The notes beneath the pieces were generated by a model that saw only the letters and a list, made by a program, of their open reading frames with translations, was not told the DNA's origin and did no database searches. The position numbers were made by a program, and so were the translations under genes. Below are positions 24,136 through 32,000 of a stretch of DNA of 32,000 bases, piece after piece; positions within the stretch are counted from its first letter, which is position 1; each line of letters starts with the position of its first letter. The stretch comes from Candidatus Saccharimonadota bacterium (GTDB lineage Bacteria > Patescibacteriota > Patescibacteriia > 2-12-FULL-60-25), in contig JALHOH010000001.1 of the NCBI GenBank assembly GCA_022843095.1, positions 570,001 to 602,000 of the forward strand. Reading direction: 5' to 3'.

Positions 24136-24149
24136 ACGAGAGGAGAAAA

Positions 24150-25589
24150 TTATTCGTTCACAGCGACGACCGGTTCGGCGAGAAGGGAAGGGCCGTGGGC
24201 CTCGACGGCGGCGCCAATGGGATAGGCGGCGAGCGTTTTTTCTGGCAGGACGACCACGTTTTTCCAGTCCCATCCCAGCGTTTCAAACACGTCAGCCGAA
24301 AGAATGGGGCGACGGATGCCGTTTTCCAGCACGTACACGCTTGGATGTTCTTTGGTTCGGACCAGTTCGCCGTCGCGCAGTCGATACGTCCCGCCGTCTT
24401 CCAGCGCGCCTAATTGCGCGGTAGTAAGGAGTTTTGCCGTGCGGCCACGGAAATACAACCGAAGATACGCGGTATCAGGAATGGCGTATTTTTTTCCATC
24501 CTCGACGTAGAACAGCTTACCTTTGCTATCTTTCGCCAAAATGCCAACAGGGTTCACCGTTTTTGCGTTGATATCGGGACCGACTTCATATTCTTCCAAA
24601 TCCGTTTCGTCTGCTTCAATGATCTCGTCTTCGTTGAAACCAAATTTGCGGAAGACGGAGGCACTTGCGATTTTGCGGCGCTTCGATCCGGTAATGAGGT
24701 AGCGAGTTCCGCTTGCATTTTCGACGATGGCGTAGTTCGGAAAGTTGATAGGCGTCCCTTCTGGATACGCGGCAAGTTCGCTATCTTCCGCCGTCACGAT
24801 TTTGGAGGGATCCGCGATGGATGCAAGCACCGCGTTGTTCTTGAAAGGGCGTTTTTTTCCATTTCGAATCAAATACGCCGTTTTTGTGCTCTTCCCACGA
24901 ACGATGGTTCCATCGGGAAACGTGAGAGAAAACCAACGCGTCCAAATACGCCACAGATTTTTGTTTCCATGGATATGGGGCGTGTAGGTGTAGAGCATGG
25001 CGGTCGCCTGGTTTTCTGGCGTGATTTCCACGCCGTTGACCAGAGCGGTTTTCCCCGGGGCAAACCCAGAGATGGTTGTACCACGGCCAAGGAGTTGAAG
25101 GAGGTATTTTTCTCGATGTTGTTTGGCGGCCCATTCAACTTGGTTCGCAAAGCCCTTGAATGCCTGAATCGCCGGATCATTCATGGAACAACTGTCGCAG
25201 ACGCCGTAACCCATGGCCCAATCAAATTGTTTTTGGGTGGGATTCCGGCTTTCCACCAAGCTTTGCTCTTTTTGCATCAACGCGAGCAGATACTTTGGAT
25301 TGATTTTATAGGAGTGCGCGACACGCCAAATGACGTCGGCTGGGCTTTTTTCGACGCCATCGATATCCACGACACGTGCCGTGCCCAATGTCCCTCGCGA
25401 GTTCAAAAACGCATCCAGTTCCGCCTTGGACATGGAGGTCACGTCAAACAAATCCCGATCCTGCAAAATGGCATTGGGATTAAATCCGTCCGTCGTCGTG
25501 CTTGCGGATTGCGCAAGTGCGGTGAATGGGGAGGCGGCCGCGATCCATGCGGTGAGGGCGCCCAAAACAATACGTCTGTAGACATTCAT
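24150..25589 (-). CDS. secreted protein: possible lysozyme/muramidase-like N-terminal region plus four ~55-aa C-terminal repeats (hypothetical)
   Basis: The ATG at 25589 gives the signal peptide MNVYRRIVLGALTAWIAAASPFTALAQS. The N-terminal region contains INPKYLLALMQKEQSLV. The four repeats are of the type YLIRNGKKRPF / YLITGSKRRKI / FYVEDGKKYAI / YVLENGIRRPI, each followed by ...L..YP.G. Confidence 0.65.
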   Translation of the reverse strand: MNVYRRIVLGALTAWIAAASPFTALAQSASTTTDGFNPNAILQDRDLFDVTSMSKAELDAFLNSRGTLGTARVVDIDGVEKSPADVIWRVAHSYKINPKYLLALMQKEQSLVESRNPTQKQFDWAMGYGVCDSCSMNDPAIQAFKGFANQVEWAAKQHREKYLLQLLGRGTTISGFAPGKTALVNGVEITPENQATAMLYTYTPHIHGNKNLWRIWTRWFSLTFPDGTIVRGKSTKTAYLIRNGKKRPFKNNAVLASIADPSKIVTAEDSELAAYPEGTPINFPNYAIVENASGTRYLITGSKRRKIASASVFRKFGFNEDEIIEADETDLEEYEVGPDINAKTVNPVGILAKDSKGKLFYVEDGKKYAIPDTAYLRLYFRGRTAKLLTTAQLGALEDGGTYRLRDGELVRTKEHPSVYVLENGIRRPILSADVFETLGWDWKNVVVLPEKTLAAYPIGAAVEAHGPSLLAEPVVAVNE

Positions 25590-25618
25590 ACAAAAGAGGT
25601 TACCATGGGGATACAGAC

Positions 25619-27178
25619 ATGAATAGCAATCGTACAGCGCGAGGGGTGGCCGGGATCCTTTTTGCCATTTCCGTGGCGTTTTCTTTGGTAATTCCGTCCC
25701 AATGGACGGCGGTTTTTGCCTCTCCGGATGAAACGGCGGTTGCCGTGACTGCGAGACAGATTTGGGAAACGGGGCAGGCAAAAATCCCGGAGCCAGATGC
25801 GTTGCGGTTTCCCTGGTTGCATCCGCGCAGTTTTGTGAGTCAGGGGGAGGCGATTGCGCCGGTGGGCTTTTTGGGTGGTCCGTGGCTGTTTTCTTGGTTT
25901 GTTCCGTTGGTTGGCGTGGCGGGGCTTTCGGCGGTGGCGGCAGTGCTTGTGGCAAGCGGGGTGATCCCTCTGTTTTTTCTCCTTGCGTCGTGGAAAGGGG
26001 TTCGATCCGCTGCTTTGGGGGCGATGGTGTATGTCACCGCTCCTCCGCTTCTTCTGTACGCGAATCGTTCCCTTTTTCCGAACGGAATGCTGCTCGCGCT
26101 TGGATTGTGGGCGTGTTGGTTGCTTGTGCGGGCGTCTGAAGATCGGGTGACGCTTGGATGGGGGAGGGTTGCGGGTGCATTTGCGCTTGCGTCGCTTGCG
26201 CTCGCCGTGCGTCCGGTCGAGGCGATCTGGCTTGTTCCGTGGTTTGTGTGGTTTGGGCGTGGTATGCGTTGGACGCGCCCACGTGTCATTGCCGCAGCGG
26301 TGGGTGCGGGGATTGTTCTCCTGCCCATTGCTTGGACGGCGTCCGCGACCTATGGCGCATGGTTCCAGGTCGGATATTGGCTTCGGGATAATCCAATGCC
26401 TTCCTCGCCAGGAACGCTCCAAGGTGGGGGAAGGGAAGGAGGATCTGTCTTGCCGTACGGGTTTCATCCACGCCACATCCTCAGAAACATCCGCGATTTT
26501 TTTCCGCTCGTCTGGCCGTACGTGTTGCTTGCGGTTGGTGGAATCGTGATGCTGTGTCGGGCAGGGATGCGTGATCGGCGTGCATCCGGTGGGTATGCGT
26601 TGCTTTCGCTTTGGACGATCGCTTGGTTACTTGCCGTGTATGGAAGCGGACAGTATGCGGATCATATTCAGCCGGGGGCGATTGCCGTAGGGAATTCGTT
26701 TTTACGGTATCTGATGCCGATCGCGCTGCTTGCGGCCGCTGCTTGGACGGCGATCGTCGCGCGTGCGCAGACGGGCGTATCCCGGATGCTTACCCTGGGG
26801 GGAACGGTGTGTATGGTTGTGTTCGGAGGATATCAGGGGGTGTTTGCGGATGAAGAAGGGGTTTTGGCAACGCGGCGTGAATTGGGACGGTATCAGGACA
26901 TTCGGCTCCACGCAGAACAAGGCCTTCCCGCTGACGCAGCCGTGTTTTCGGAGCGCTCGGATAAGATCTTTTTTCCTGTACATGCCGTTGCAAGTCCTCT
27001 GCCGCGTCCTGAGGAGATTGCTCGCTATCTGCAGGAAACCAAAAAAACGGCCGGCTTGTTCGCGAGACCGCTGTCACAACACCAATTGGACGAATGGCGC
27101 GCGCGCGGTGTTCTGGTGCGTGAACAGTCGACGCATGGGCGAGAAAAATTGTATCTGCTTTCGGCGCGCATGGAGTAA
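25619..27178 (+). CDS. GT-C fold glycosyltransferase (ArnT/PMT-like) polytopic membrane protein, second copy
   Basis: The N-terminus is MNSNRTARGVAGILFAISV (one TM), followed by the loop motif SPDETAVAVTARQI. It has more than 10 hydrophobic helices and a soluble C-terminal tail. Confidence 0.72.
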   Translation: MNSNRTARGVAGILFAISVAFSLVIPSQWTAVFASPDETAVAVTARQIWETGQAKIPEPDALRFPWLHPRSFVSQGEAIAPVGFLGGPWLFSWFVPLVGVAGLSAVAAVLVASGVIPLFFLLASWKGVRSAALGAMVYVTAPPLLLYANRSLFPNGMLLALGLWACWLLVRASEDRVTLGWGRVAGAFALASLALAVRPVEAIWLVPWFVWFGRGMRWTRPRVIAAAVGAGIVLLPIAWTASATYGAWFQVGYWLRDNPMPSSPGTLQGGGREGGSVLPYGFHPRHILRNIRDFFPLVWPYVLLAVGGIVMLCRAGMRDRRASGGYALLSLWTIAWLLAVYGSGQYADHIQPGAIAVGNSFLRYLMPIALLAAAAWTAIVARAQTGVSRMLTLGGTVCMVVFGGYQGVFADEEGVLATRRELGRYQDIRLHAEQGLPADAAVFSERSDKIFFPVHAVASPLPRPEEIARYLQETKKTAGLFARPLSQHQLDEWRARGVLVREQSTHGREKLYLLSARME

Positions 27179-27181
27179 GAT

Positions 27182-28651
27182 GTGACTATGTCGTTTCCCC
27201 GGGTCCTTGCGTATCCGTTGTTCGCCCTTCCCTGGATCGGGGTCGTGCTTGTGATTGGCTGGTTGTTGCTCGTGCGATTTCCTCCGGATGGCGTTGTGTC
27301 GTTTACCTTTCCGTTTGACGGAAAAAGTCCGTGGTTTGATCCATTCCTTCCGGGAGAGCGTGTGACTTCTCCGGGGGTGCAACAGGATGGATGGGTTGGA
27401 CAGCGGATTTTTCGCGAGCCGGTGTACGCAAGCGCTCGACTGCCCGGGGCCATGGATACGTATACGCTGGCTCTCGAGATGCGCACGATTCGTCAACCGT
27501 TGCTCGAGCTTGGCGTGCAGCAATCACCTGGAGATTTCGCGTTTCAGTTGCAGCCTTTGTGGTACGAGCCGCTTTCGGAGGGATGGCGACGCGTCGTGAC
27601 ACGTGAGGCGACCGGGTATGTCCGTTCGTCCCTTCCAGATTCCGCTTTGCTTGAAACGCCGGCAGAACGGATGGTGTTGTGGCATGCGACGATGACGTCC
27701 CCTTTGCTTTCGGATACGCCGCTTCCGGAACCGGAAATGATCAACGCCTCATTGCGGGGAGCGATGGATTTGTATGTGGTTCCGGTGGACGGGGCCATTC
27801 GATTTTCGTTTTTAATTCAGGACATGAATCGTTCCCGCGGTGGCGATGTCGTAGCGTTCCATCTTTCAAAAGAGGACGGGGTGATCGCAACGGAGGCGGT
27901 TGGAACGGGTGGGACCCATTCCACCCGCCCGGATCGCGCATTCGAAAAACGCGTCACGTTTCGCGATCTGACCCCTGGGGTCTATCGTCTTCAGGTGTTG
28001 GCAGATGATGATGTATTTTTCCGCCGAATCGAGACACCGCATCGACGTTGGGTGATTGGGCCGCGCGTCTATTTTGCGGATGCGGTGGGGTACGCTACCT
28101 CGACTCCATCTGTCGATGTTTGGACCAACTCTCGCCACATTTCGTTGCAGACCTTCCATAAAGAAGGGATTCAGCGCGTCGCCTTTGGCTCCACGACGGG
28201 AGAGATCGAGCGTACGCATGAGGTGTATCCCGTCAGTCGATCCGCCGATGATCGTGGAATGACGGCGCGTTTTCGTGCGCCACTTGGAGATGTCCGGTTC
28301 GTCGGTGATGGATATGTAGCGTTTCGTGAGAGCGCGCTCTTCTTTCCCAAGCCTCGACGGCTGACGGATCAAACGCGTTTGGAGGAGGAGGGGATTGATG
28401 TGGTGCGGACGTCCTATGTTGCGCCAACCGTATTACCGGATGGATGGTTTCGCGCAGAGGTGCAGGGCGCCGTCCCTCCGTTTATGGATCGTCTTCGCAT
28501 CGCCCTTTCGGCGCCGGGGATTTTGCTCCGGCAAGGCGGGGTAGATATTCGAACCGTTCGCGTGACCTACCGTCGCCCGCCAATGCTCTCCGGACAGGAG
28601 TGGTGGCGTTCGGTGCGGGCGGAATTGGTGCAGGCGTGGCGAAGACTGTAG
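27182..28651 (+). CDS. single-pass membrane-anchored protein of unknown function (~489 aa)
   Basis: The start is either GTG 27182 or ATG 27188, with GGAG at 27172-27175. It has an N-terminal TM (LFALPWIGVVLVIGWLLLV) followed by a large beta-rich-looking extracytoplasmic region with no motif I recognise. It begins 3 nt after the GT-C stop. Confidence 0.65.
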   Translation: MTMSFPRVLAYPLFALPWIGVVLVIGWLLLVRFPPDGVVSFTFPFDGKSPWFDPFLPGERVTSPGVQQDGWVGQRIFREPVYASARLPGAMDTYTLALEMRTIRQPLLELGVQQSPGDFAFQLQPLWYEPLSEGWRRVVTREATGYVRSSLPDSALLETPAERMVLWHATMTSPLLSDTPLPEPEMINASLRGAMDLYVVPVDGAIRFSFLIQDMNRSRGGDVVAFHLSKEDGVIATEAVGTGGTHSTRPDRAFEKRVTFRDLTPGVYRLQVLADDDVFFRRIETPHRRWVIGPRVYFADAVGYATSTPSVDVWTNSRHISLQTFHKEGIQRVAFGSTTGEIERTHEVYPVSRSADDRGMTARFRAPLGDVRFVGDGYVAFRESALFFPKPRRLTDQTRLEEEGIDVVRTSYVAPTVLPDGWFRAEVQGAVPPFMDRLRIALSAPGILLRQGGVDIRTVRVTYRRPPMLSGQEWWRSVRAELVQAWRRL

Positions 28652-28655
28652 TTCT

Positions 28656-29015
28656 ATGACATTCCGTGCATTTGGGTACGCGTTTTTGTGGCATGTCGCA
28701 CTCGCGCTTGGGGTGTTATGTCTTGTGTTACTTGGGGCTGAATGGTTGTTTCCGGCGTTCGTGTTGCCCTATGTCCCATTGCTTCCGCTCTGTGCGTTTG
28801 CCACGATGCTGCTCTTGATCGTTGCGGATGATCAGGGGTCACGTTGGTCCGGGCTTGTGGGGGTAGGGGGCGCAACAGTCGTGGCAAGCGCATCTGTCTT
28901 TATCCTCTATGAAGGACGGATGCGACCACTGGTTCTTGCCGTGACCCTCCTGTTTCTCGGAATTGGGTTTTGTGGATGGCGCTTTACCAGAACCCATGCA
29001 GATCCTGTTACATGA
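28656..29015 (+). CDS. small polytopic membrane protein (119 aa, hypothetical)
   Basis: It has 3-4 hydrophobic helices. It starts 4 nt after the preceding stop, and its own stop overlaps the HIT start as ATGA. Confidence 0.55.
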   Translation: MTFRAFGYAFLWHVALALGVLCLVLLGAEWLFPAFVLPYVPLLPLCAFATMLLLIVADDQGSRWSGLVGVGGATVVASASVFILYEGRMRPLVLAVTLLFLGIGFCGWRFTRTHADPVT

Positions 29016-29440
29016 ATCACACCGTTATGAATCCTTCTTGTTTATTTTGCAAAATCATTCAAAAAGAAATTCCTTCGACCGCCGTGTATGAATCCGACGA
29101 CGTGTACGCGTTTTTGGATATACATCCGGTGCACCCCGGCCATACGCTTGTGGTTCCAAAGCAGCATTGTGAGGGGGTGCTTACGTGTGATCCGGCGGTG
29201 CTTTCCGAGGTCGCTCGCGCGGCGAAGCACGTTGCGCATGCTGTGACTTCCGGGTTAGGGGTATCCGGATTCAATCTTATCCAAAATGAAGGGGCGGTCG
29301 CGGGACAGGTGATTCCGCATCTCCATATCCATGTCATTCCACGCGTGCAGGGCGATGGGCTGACCCATTGGCCGGGGACCCCGTATCCGAATCCGGAGGC
29401 CATGACGGCGGTGGCAGAGAAGATCCGAGGCGCGTTTTGA
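29012..29440 (+). CDS. HIT-family nucleotide hydrolase/transferase
   Basis: It has CLFCKII, FLDIHPVHPGHTLVVPK and the histidine triad HLHIHVIPR. Confidence 0.92.
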   Translation: MNHTVMNPSCLFCKIIQKEIPSTAVYESDDVYAFLDIHPVHPGHTLVVPKQHCEGVLTCDPAVLSEVARAAKHVAHAVTSGLGVSGFNLIQNEGAVAGQVIPHLHIHVIPRVQGDGLTHWPGTPYPNPEAMTAVAEKIRGAF

Positions 29441-29443
29441 GCC

Positions 29444-30721
29444 TTACTCAATCTCAAGTCGCCAGATGCCAGTTGATTGTTCGCGTGTTCCGGCGATGGA
29501 GAGCGACCCATCGGAGTAGGTCAAACCAGTAATGGAATCAAAATCAGCGAGCATGACCTGATGTCTTCCTCCACGATCATCGTGTTCAAGCGCGATGATT
29601 TGGCGTTCTGTGGCGAGGAATAAATAATCTCCACTTGGGTGCCAAACGGCGTCCACAAGCGGTGCGCTCTCACGAATAAGCAGCGTTGGGGTTGATCCAA
29701 GTTCCCAGCGCCAGACTTCCGAGCCTTGGATAAACAGGGCGGTGGGTGTTTGGGCGCGCGTGAGCCAGCGAGGATAATCGCCAAACAGTTCGCCGGCGTA
29801 GGCAGTGCCTCCATCGATACGCACGCCAAGCCAACGCATCCCATCTCGCAACATCAGAAAGGGATCCTTTCGATCGGCAATCATCCAGCGTCCTTCCGGG
29901 AGGGAAAAGATTTTTCGATCCGTATCGTAGGATTGCAGGAATTGTCGTGGTGACGACGTCGCAGTTTCCAAAAACCAGGTACGGTCGACGCTTTCGGCGC
30001 GGGGCGGCAGCGTTTCGCGACTATATCCTTCTTGGCGTGGATCAAAAACGATGCTCGCACGGCCAGAGGTTCCGAATAGTTTTCCATCGTTCGACCAATA
30101 GTATGTTCCCATGGGGAGGGGAACGATGGAGGTGCTTCCCGGACGCATCCAGTATCCGTTTCCTGCGTTCGTTTCGATGAATGCGGAAGTGGTGTTTGGA
30201 GACCACTGCACGCGCTTGATGGATTCAGCGGGAACGGGAATCGTGGTTGGGGTCGCCGTGTTTTGTGCAAAAACGTGTGTAGAGGTGCCGTGTGATTCGA
30301 AAAACAGCAACGCTCCAGAATCCTGTGTGCTCACCCGATTAAATGCGCCGGTGCGTACACGGGATGGACGTTCGTTCTTCCACAGGCGTACGCGATCAAC
30401 GAACGTAGCGTATTCGGCGCGTACATCGAGCACTTTTTCCCAGGGATGATACCCGTCACGAGCGATCAAAATGCGATGACTTCCCGGCGTAATACTGGTG
30501 CGCGTTGTTGGGGTCAGTGCATCCAGACGCGTTCCATCCAGTGACACCGTTGCCCGGCGTGGGGTGGAATCCAGAATCAACGTCCCATGGTGTTCGATCG
30601 TTGTTTTGTTGGGATTGTATCGGTAGCCGGAGGTATAAAAAATCAAAACGGGCGCCAGGGCAAAAAAGATGGCGACATACACCCAAGGCAGAATCCGACG
30701 ATGGAACGGAGGGGCGTACAT
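29444..30721 (-). CDS. membrane-anchored PEGA-domain protein with a TolB/WD40-like beta-propeller region (hypothetical)
   Basis: It has an N-terminal TM (ILPWVYVAIFFALAPVLIF). The PEGA-like segment is GTLILDSTPRRATVSLDGT...TPGSHRILIARDGYHPWE. Repeated W.P.G./W.ndG segments are typical of propeller blades. Confidence 0.65.
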   Translation of the reverse strand: MYAPPFHRRILPWVYVAIFFALAPVLIFYTSGYRYNPNKTTIEHHGTLILDSTPRRATVSLDGTRLDALTPTTRTSITPGSHRILIARDGYHPWEKVLDVRAEYATFVDRVRLWKNERPSRVRTGAFNRVSTQDSGALLFFESHGTSTHVFAQNTATPTTIPVPAESIKRVQWSPNTTSAFIETNAGNGYWMRPGSTSIVPLPMGTYYWSNDGKLFGTSGRASIVFDPRQEGYSRETLPPRAESVDRTWFLETATSSPRQFLQSYDTDRKIFSLPEGRWMIADRKDPFLMLRDGMRWLGVRIDGGTAYAGELFGDYPRWLTRAQTPTALFIQGSEVWRWELGSTPTLLIRESAPLVDAVWHPSGDYLFLATERQIIALEHDDRGGRHQVMLADFDSITGLTYSDGSLSIAGTREQSTGIWRLEIE

Positions 30722-30801
30722 GGACAGGTGTTTCCATCACAGGATACACTTTGACACGATCACTCGTCACGTTTTTTCCATTTTGTCGTTTTTTCGATCG
30801 T

Positions 30802-32000
30802 ATGCGCATGCGTATTCAGGGCGGGTCCCGGCTTCGCGGAACGGTAGAGGTTCATGGGGCGAAAAATGCGATCGGGCCACTGATCGCGGCTTCGTTGCTA
30901 CTCAAAGGGCCGGTTCGGTTTACGCATGTCCCGCGGTTAACGGATGTCCTTGGGTTATTGGATATTTTGCACGGCATGGGTGCCCGCGTGGAATGGGAGG
31001 GGGAGCATGACCTGTTGTTGGATACGAAAGAGGTAGATCCATCCAAGTTGGATCGCAAAAAAATGAAGCGCATGCGGTTCAGTATTTTGTTGCTTGGACC
31101 CATGCTCGCGCGGTTTAAGAAGATCTTTGTTCCTGAACCGGGTGGGTGTTCGATCGGAAACCGTCCCATTGATACGCATTTGTTTGCGCTGGGAGAATTA
31201 GGCGCCAAAATCGAGTGCGATGCGGAAGGATCGTTGTTTCTGGAAGCGCCAACCTTGAAAGGGGCTTATGTTATCCTTCCGGAATTCAGTGTCACCGCCA
31301 CAGAGAACCTGATCATGGCCGCGGCGCTTGCACAGGGGAAGACCTCAATTCGACTTGCCGCAGCGGAGCCACATGTCCAGGAGCTTTGTCATTTTTTGAA
31401 TCATGCCGGTGCAAAGATTACGGGGATCGGTTCGCATGAATTAGAAATTACCGGGGTCAAAAGCCTCCGTGCTCCAAAGGAACTGTGGCCGGTCGTCCCG
31501 GATATGGTCGAGATCGGCACATTTGCGATCGCTGCGGCGCTCACAAAAGGAGAAGTCGACATTCATCCCGCGATTCCGGAGCATTTGGATGCGGTGTGTT
31601 CGGCGATGCGACGTATTGGGGTTCGGTTCTCGTTCACCAAGAACGGGTTGCGTGTGCAAGGTGGCGGTCGTTACAACGCCTTCAAGCTGCAGACAAATAT
31701 TTATCCAGGCTTTCCGACCGACCTCCAAGCCCCTTTTGGATTGCTGGCCACGCAGTGTCATGGAACGACCCTGATTCAAGAACCTATGTTTGAATCGCGG
31801 TTGGGGTATACGAATGAATTGGTCAAAATGGGCGCAAATGCCATCATCGCGGATCCGCATCGCGTCATCATCACGGGTCCAACCCCGTTACGAGGAACGG
31901 AGATTCGGAGTTTGGACCTGCGGGCCGGGGCGACCATGGTGCTTGCAGGATTGATCGCGGAAGGGGAGACGATTATTCACGACGCAGAAATGGTGTACCG
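30802..32000 (+). CDS. murA: UDP-N-acetylglucosamine 1-carboxyvinyltransferase, 3'-truncated by the window edge
   Basis: This gene is not in the ORF track because it is open at the right edge. My own translation is MRMRIQGGSRLRGTVEVHGAKNAIGPLIAASLLLKGPVRFTHVPRLTDV..., with the catalytic-Cys loop PGGCSIGNRPIDTHL and later VPDMVEIGTFAIAAALT. I saw no stop in the stretches I translated (30802-31030, 31021-31440, 31441-31660). Confidence 0.93.
   Translation, partial: MRMRIQGGSRLRGTVEVHGAKNAIGPLIAASLLLKGPVRFTHVPRLTDVLGLLDILHGMGARVEWEGEHDLLLDTKEVDPSKLDRKKMKRMRFSILLLGPMLARFKKIFVPEPGGCSIGNRPIDTHLFALGELGAKIECDAEGSLFLEAPTLKGAYVILPEFSVTATENLIMAAALAQGKTSIRLAAAEPHVQELCHFLNHAGAKITGIGSHELEITGVKSLRAPKELWPVVPDMVEIGTFAIAAALTKGEVDIHPAIPEHLDAVCSAMRRIGVRFSFTKNGLRVQGGGRYNAFKLQTNIYPGFPTDLQAPFGLLATQCHGTTLIQEPMFESRLGYTNELVKMGANAIIADPHRVIITGPTPLRGTEIRSLDLRAGATMVLAGLIAEGETIIHDAEMVY

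Noticed and set aside
24414-25622. A 402-aa plus-strand ORF overlaps the secreted repeat protein gene.
   Set aside because: It is antisense to a gene with a clear signal peptide and a repeat structure. Its translation is Arg/Phe/Gly-rich with no motif. It would also run into the start of the 25619 gene.
25590-25955. A 122-codon Pro/Lys/Gln-rich extension of the minus ORF 24150..25955, and a 46-codon Arg-rich extension of 23344..24273.
   Set aside because: The extensions overlap the divergent or upstream genes and have low-complexity composition. The internal ATGs give, respectively, a textbook signal peptide and the conserved MIVYAGIVPHSP N-terminus.
1-32000. An alternative genetic code (UGA recoding, as in some reduced lineages).
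   Set aside because: TGA terminates conserved genes at their expected lengths (for example mnmA at 5134-5136 and HIT at 29438-29440). I also noticed no in-frame TGA in the segments of conserved genes I translated by hand (rpmJ and parts of murA).
1-32000. CRISPR arrays, transposases, integrases, phage genes, toxin-antitoxin pairs and known defence-system signatures.
   Set aside because: I saw no direct-repeat/spacer periodicity, no terminal inverted repeats, and no DDE, tyrosine/serine recombinase, RT, nuclease-NTPase or similar motifs in any plausible ORF. The accessory content here is envelope-glycan related.

Overview
This is a compact bacterial chromosome segment that looks moderately GC-rich by eye. 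It uses the standard code: TGA, TAA and TAG all end well-conserved genes. I support 35 protein genes with very short or overlapping junctions. I found no rRNA, tRNA, CRISPR array, transposase or integrase.

Gene content, left to right:
- A cell-wall block: alpha/beta hydrolase fragment, uppP, a TSP3-repeat L,D-transpeptidase and a PBP5-type carboxypeptidase.
- rlmN and mnmA, then an orphan gene and a membrane-anchored GAF-like protein.
- A short alaS.
- A ribosomal operon, infA-rpmJ-rpsM-rpsK-rpsD-rpoA-rplQ with rplM-rpsI directly appended. rpmJ is missing from the ORF track.
- A self-contained orphan transcription unit.
- A five-gene envelope-glycan operon: GT-C transferase, MOP flippase, GT4, a GT2::O-antigen-ligase-like fusion and a putative lipoprotein.
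- A minus-strand operon: secreted repeat protein, LigB/Memo-like protein, priA, def, fmt.
- A second GT-C module with two unknown membrane partners and a HIT protein.
- A PEGA/beta-propeller protein.
- A 3'-truncated murA, also missing from the ORF track.

The scarcity of Shine-Dalgarno motifs, the trimmed core proteins and the abundance of GT-C, PEGA and TSP3 envelope proteins suggest a reduced-genome lineage such as Patescibacteria/CPR. That is inference only.

I see no recognisable defence, toxin or mobile system. The best candidates for something undescribed are:
- the glycan operon with its fused GT2/ligase-like enzyme;
- the second GT-C module with its 489-aa unknown partner;
- the orphan unit at 12739-13486, which has its own promoter, a palindrome, a strong SD, a structured 3' RNA and a terminator;
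- three domain-eroded core proteins: RpoA without an alpha-CTD, PriA without helicase motifs, and AlaRS without C-Ala.

All protein calls rest on motifs read by eye. No database search was possible.
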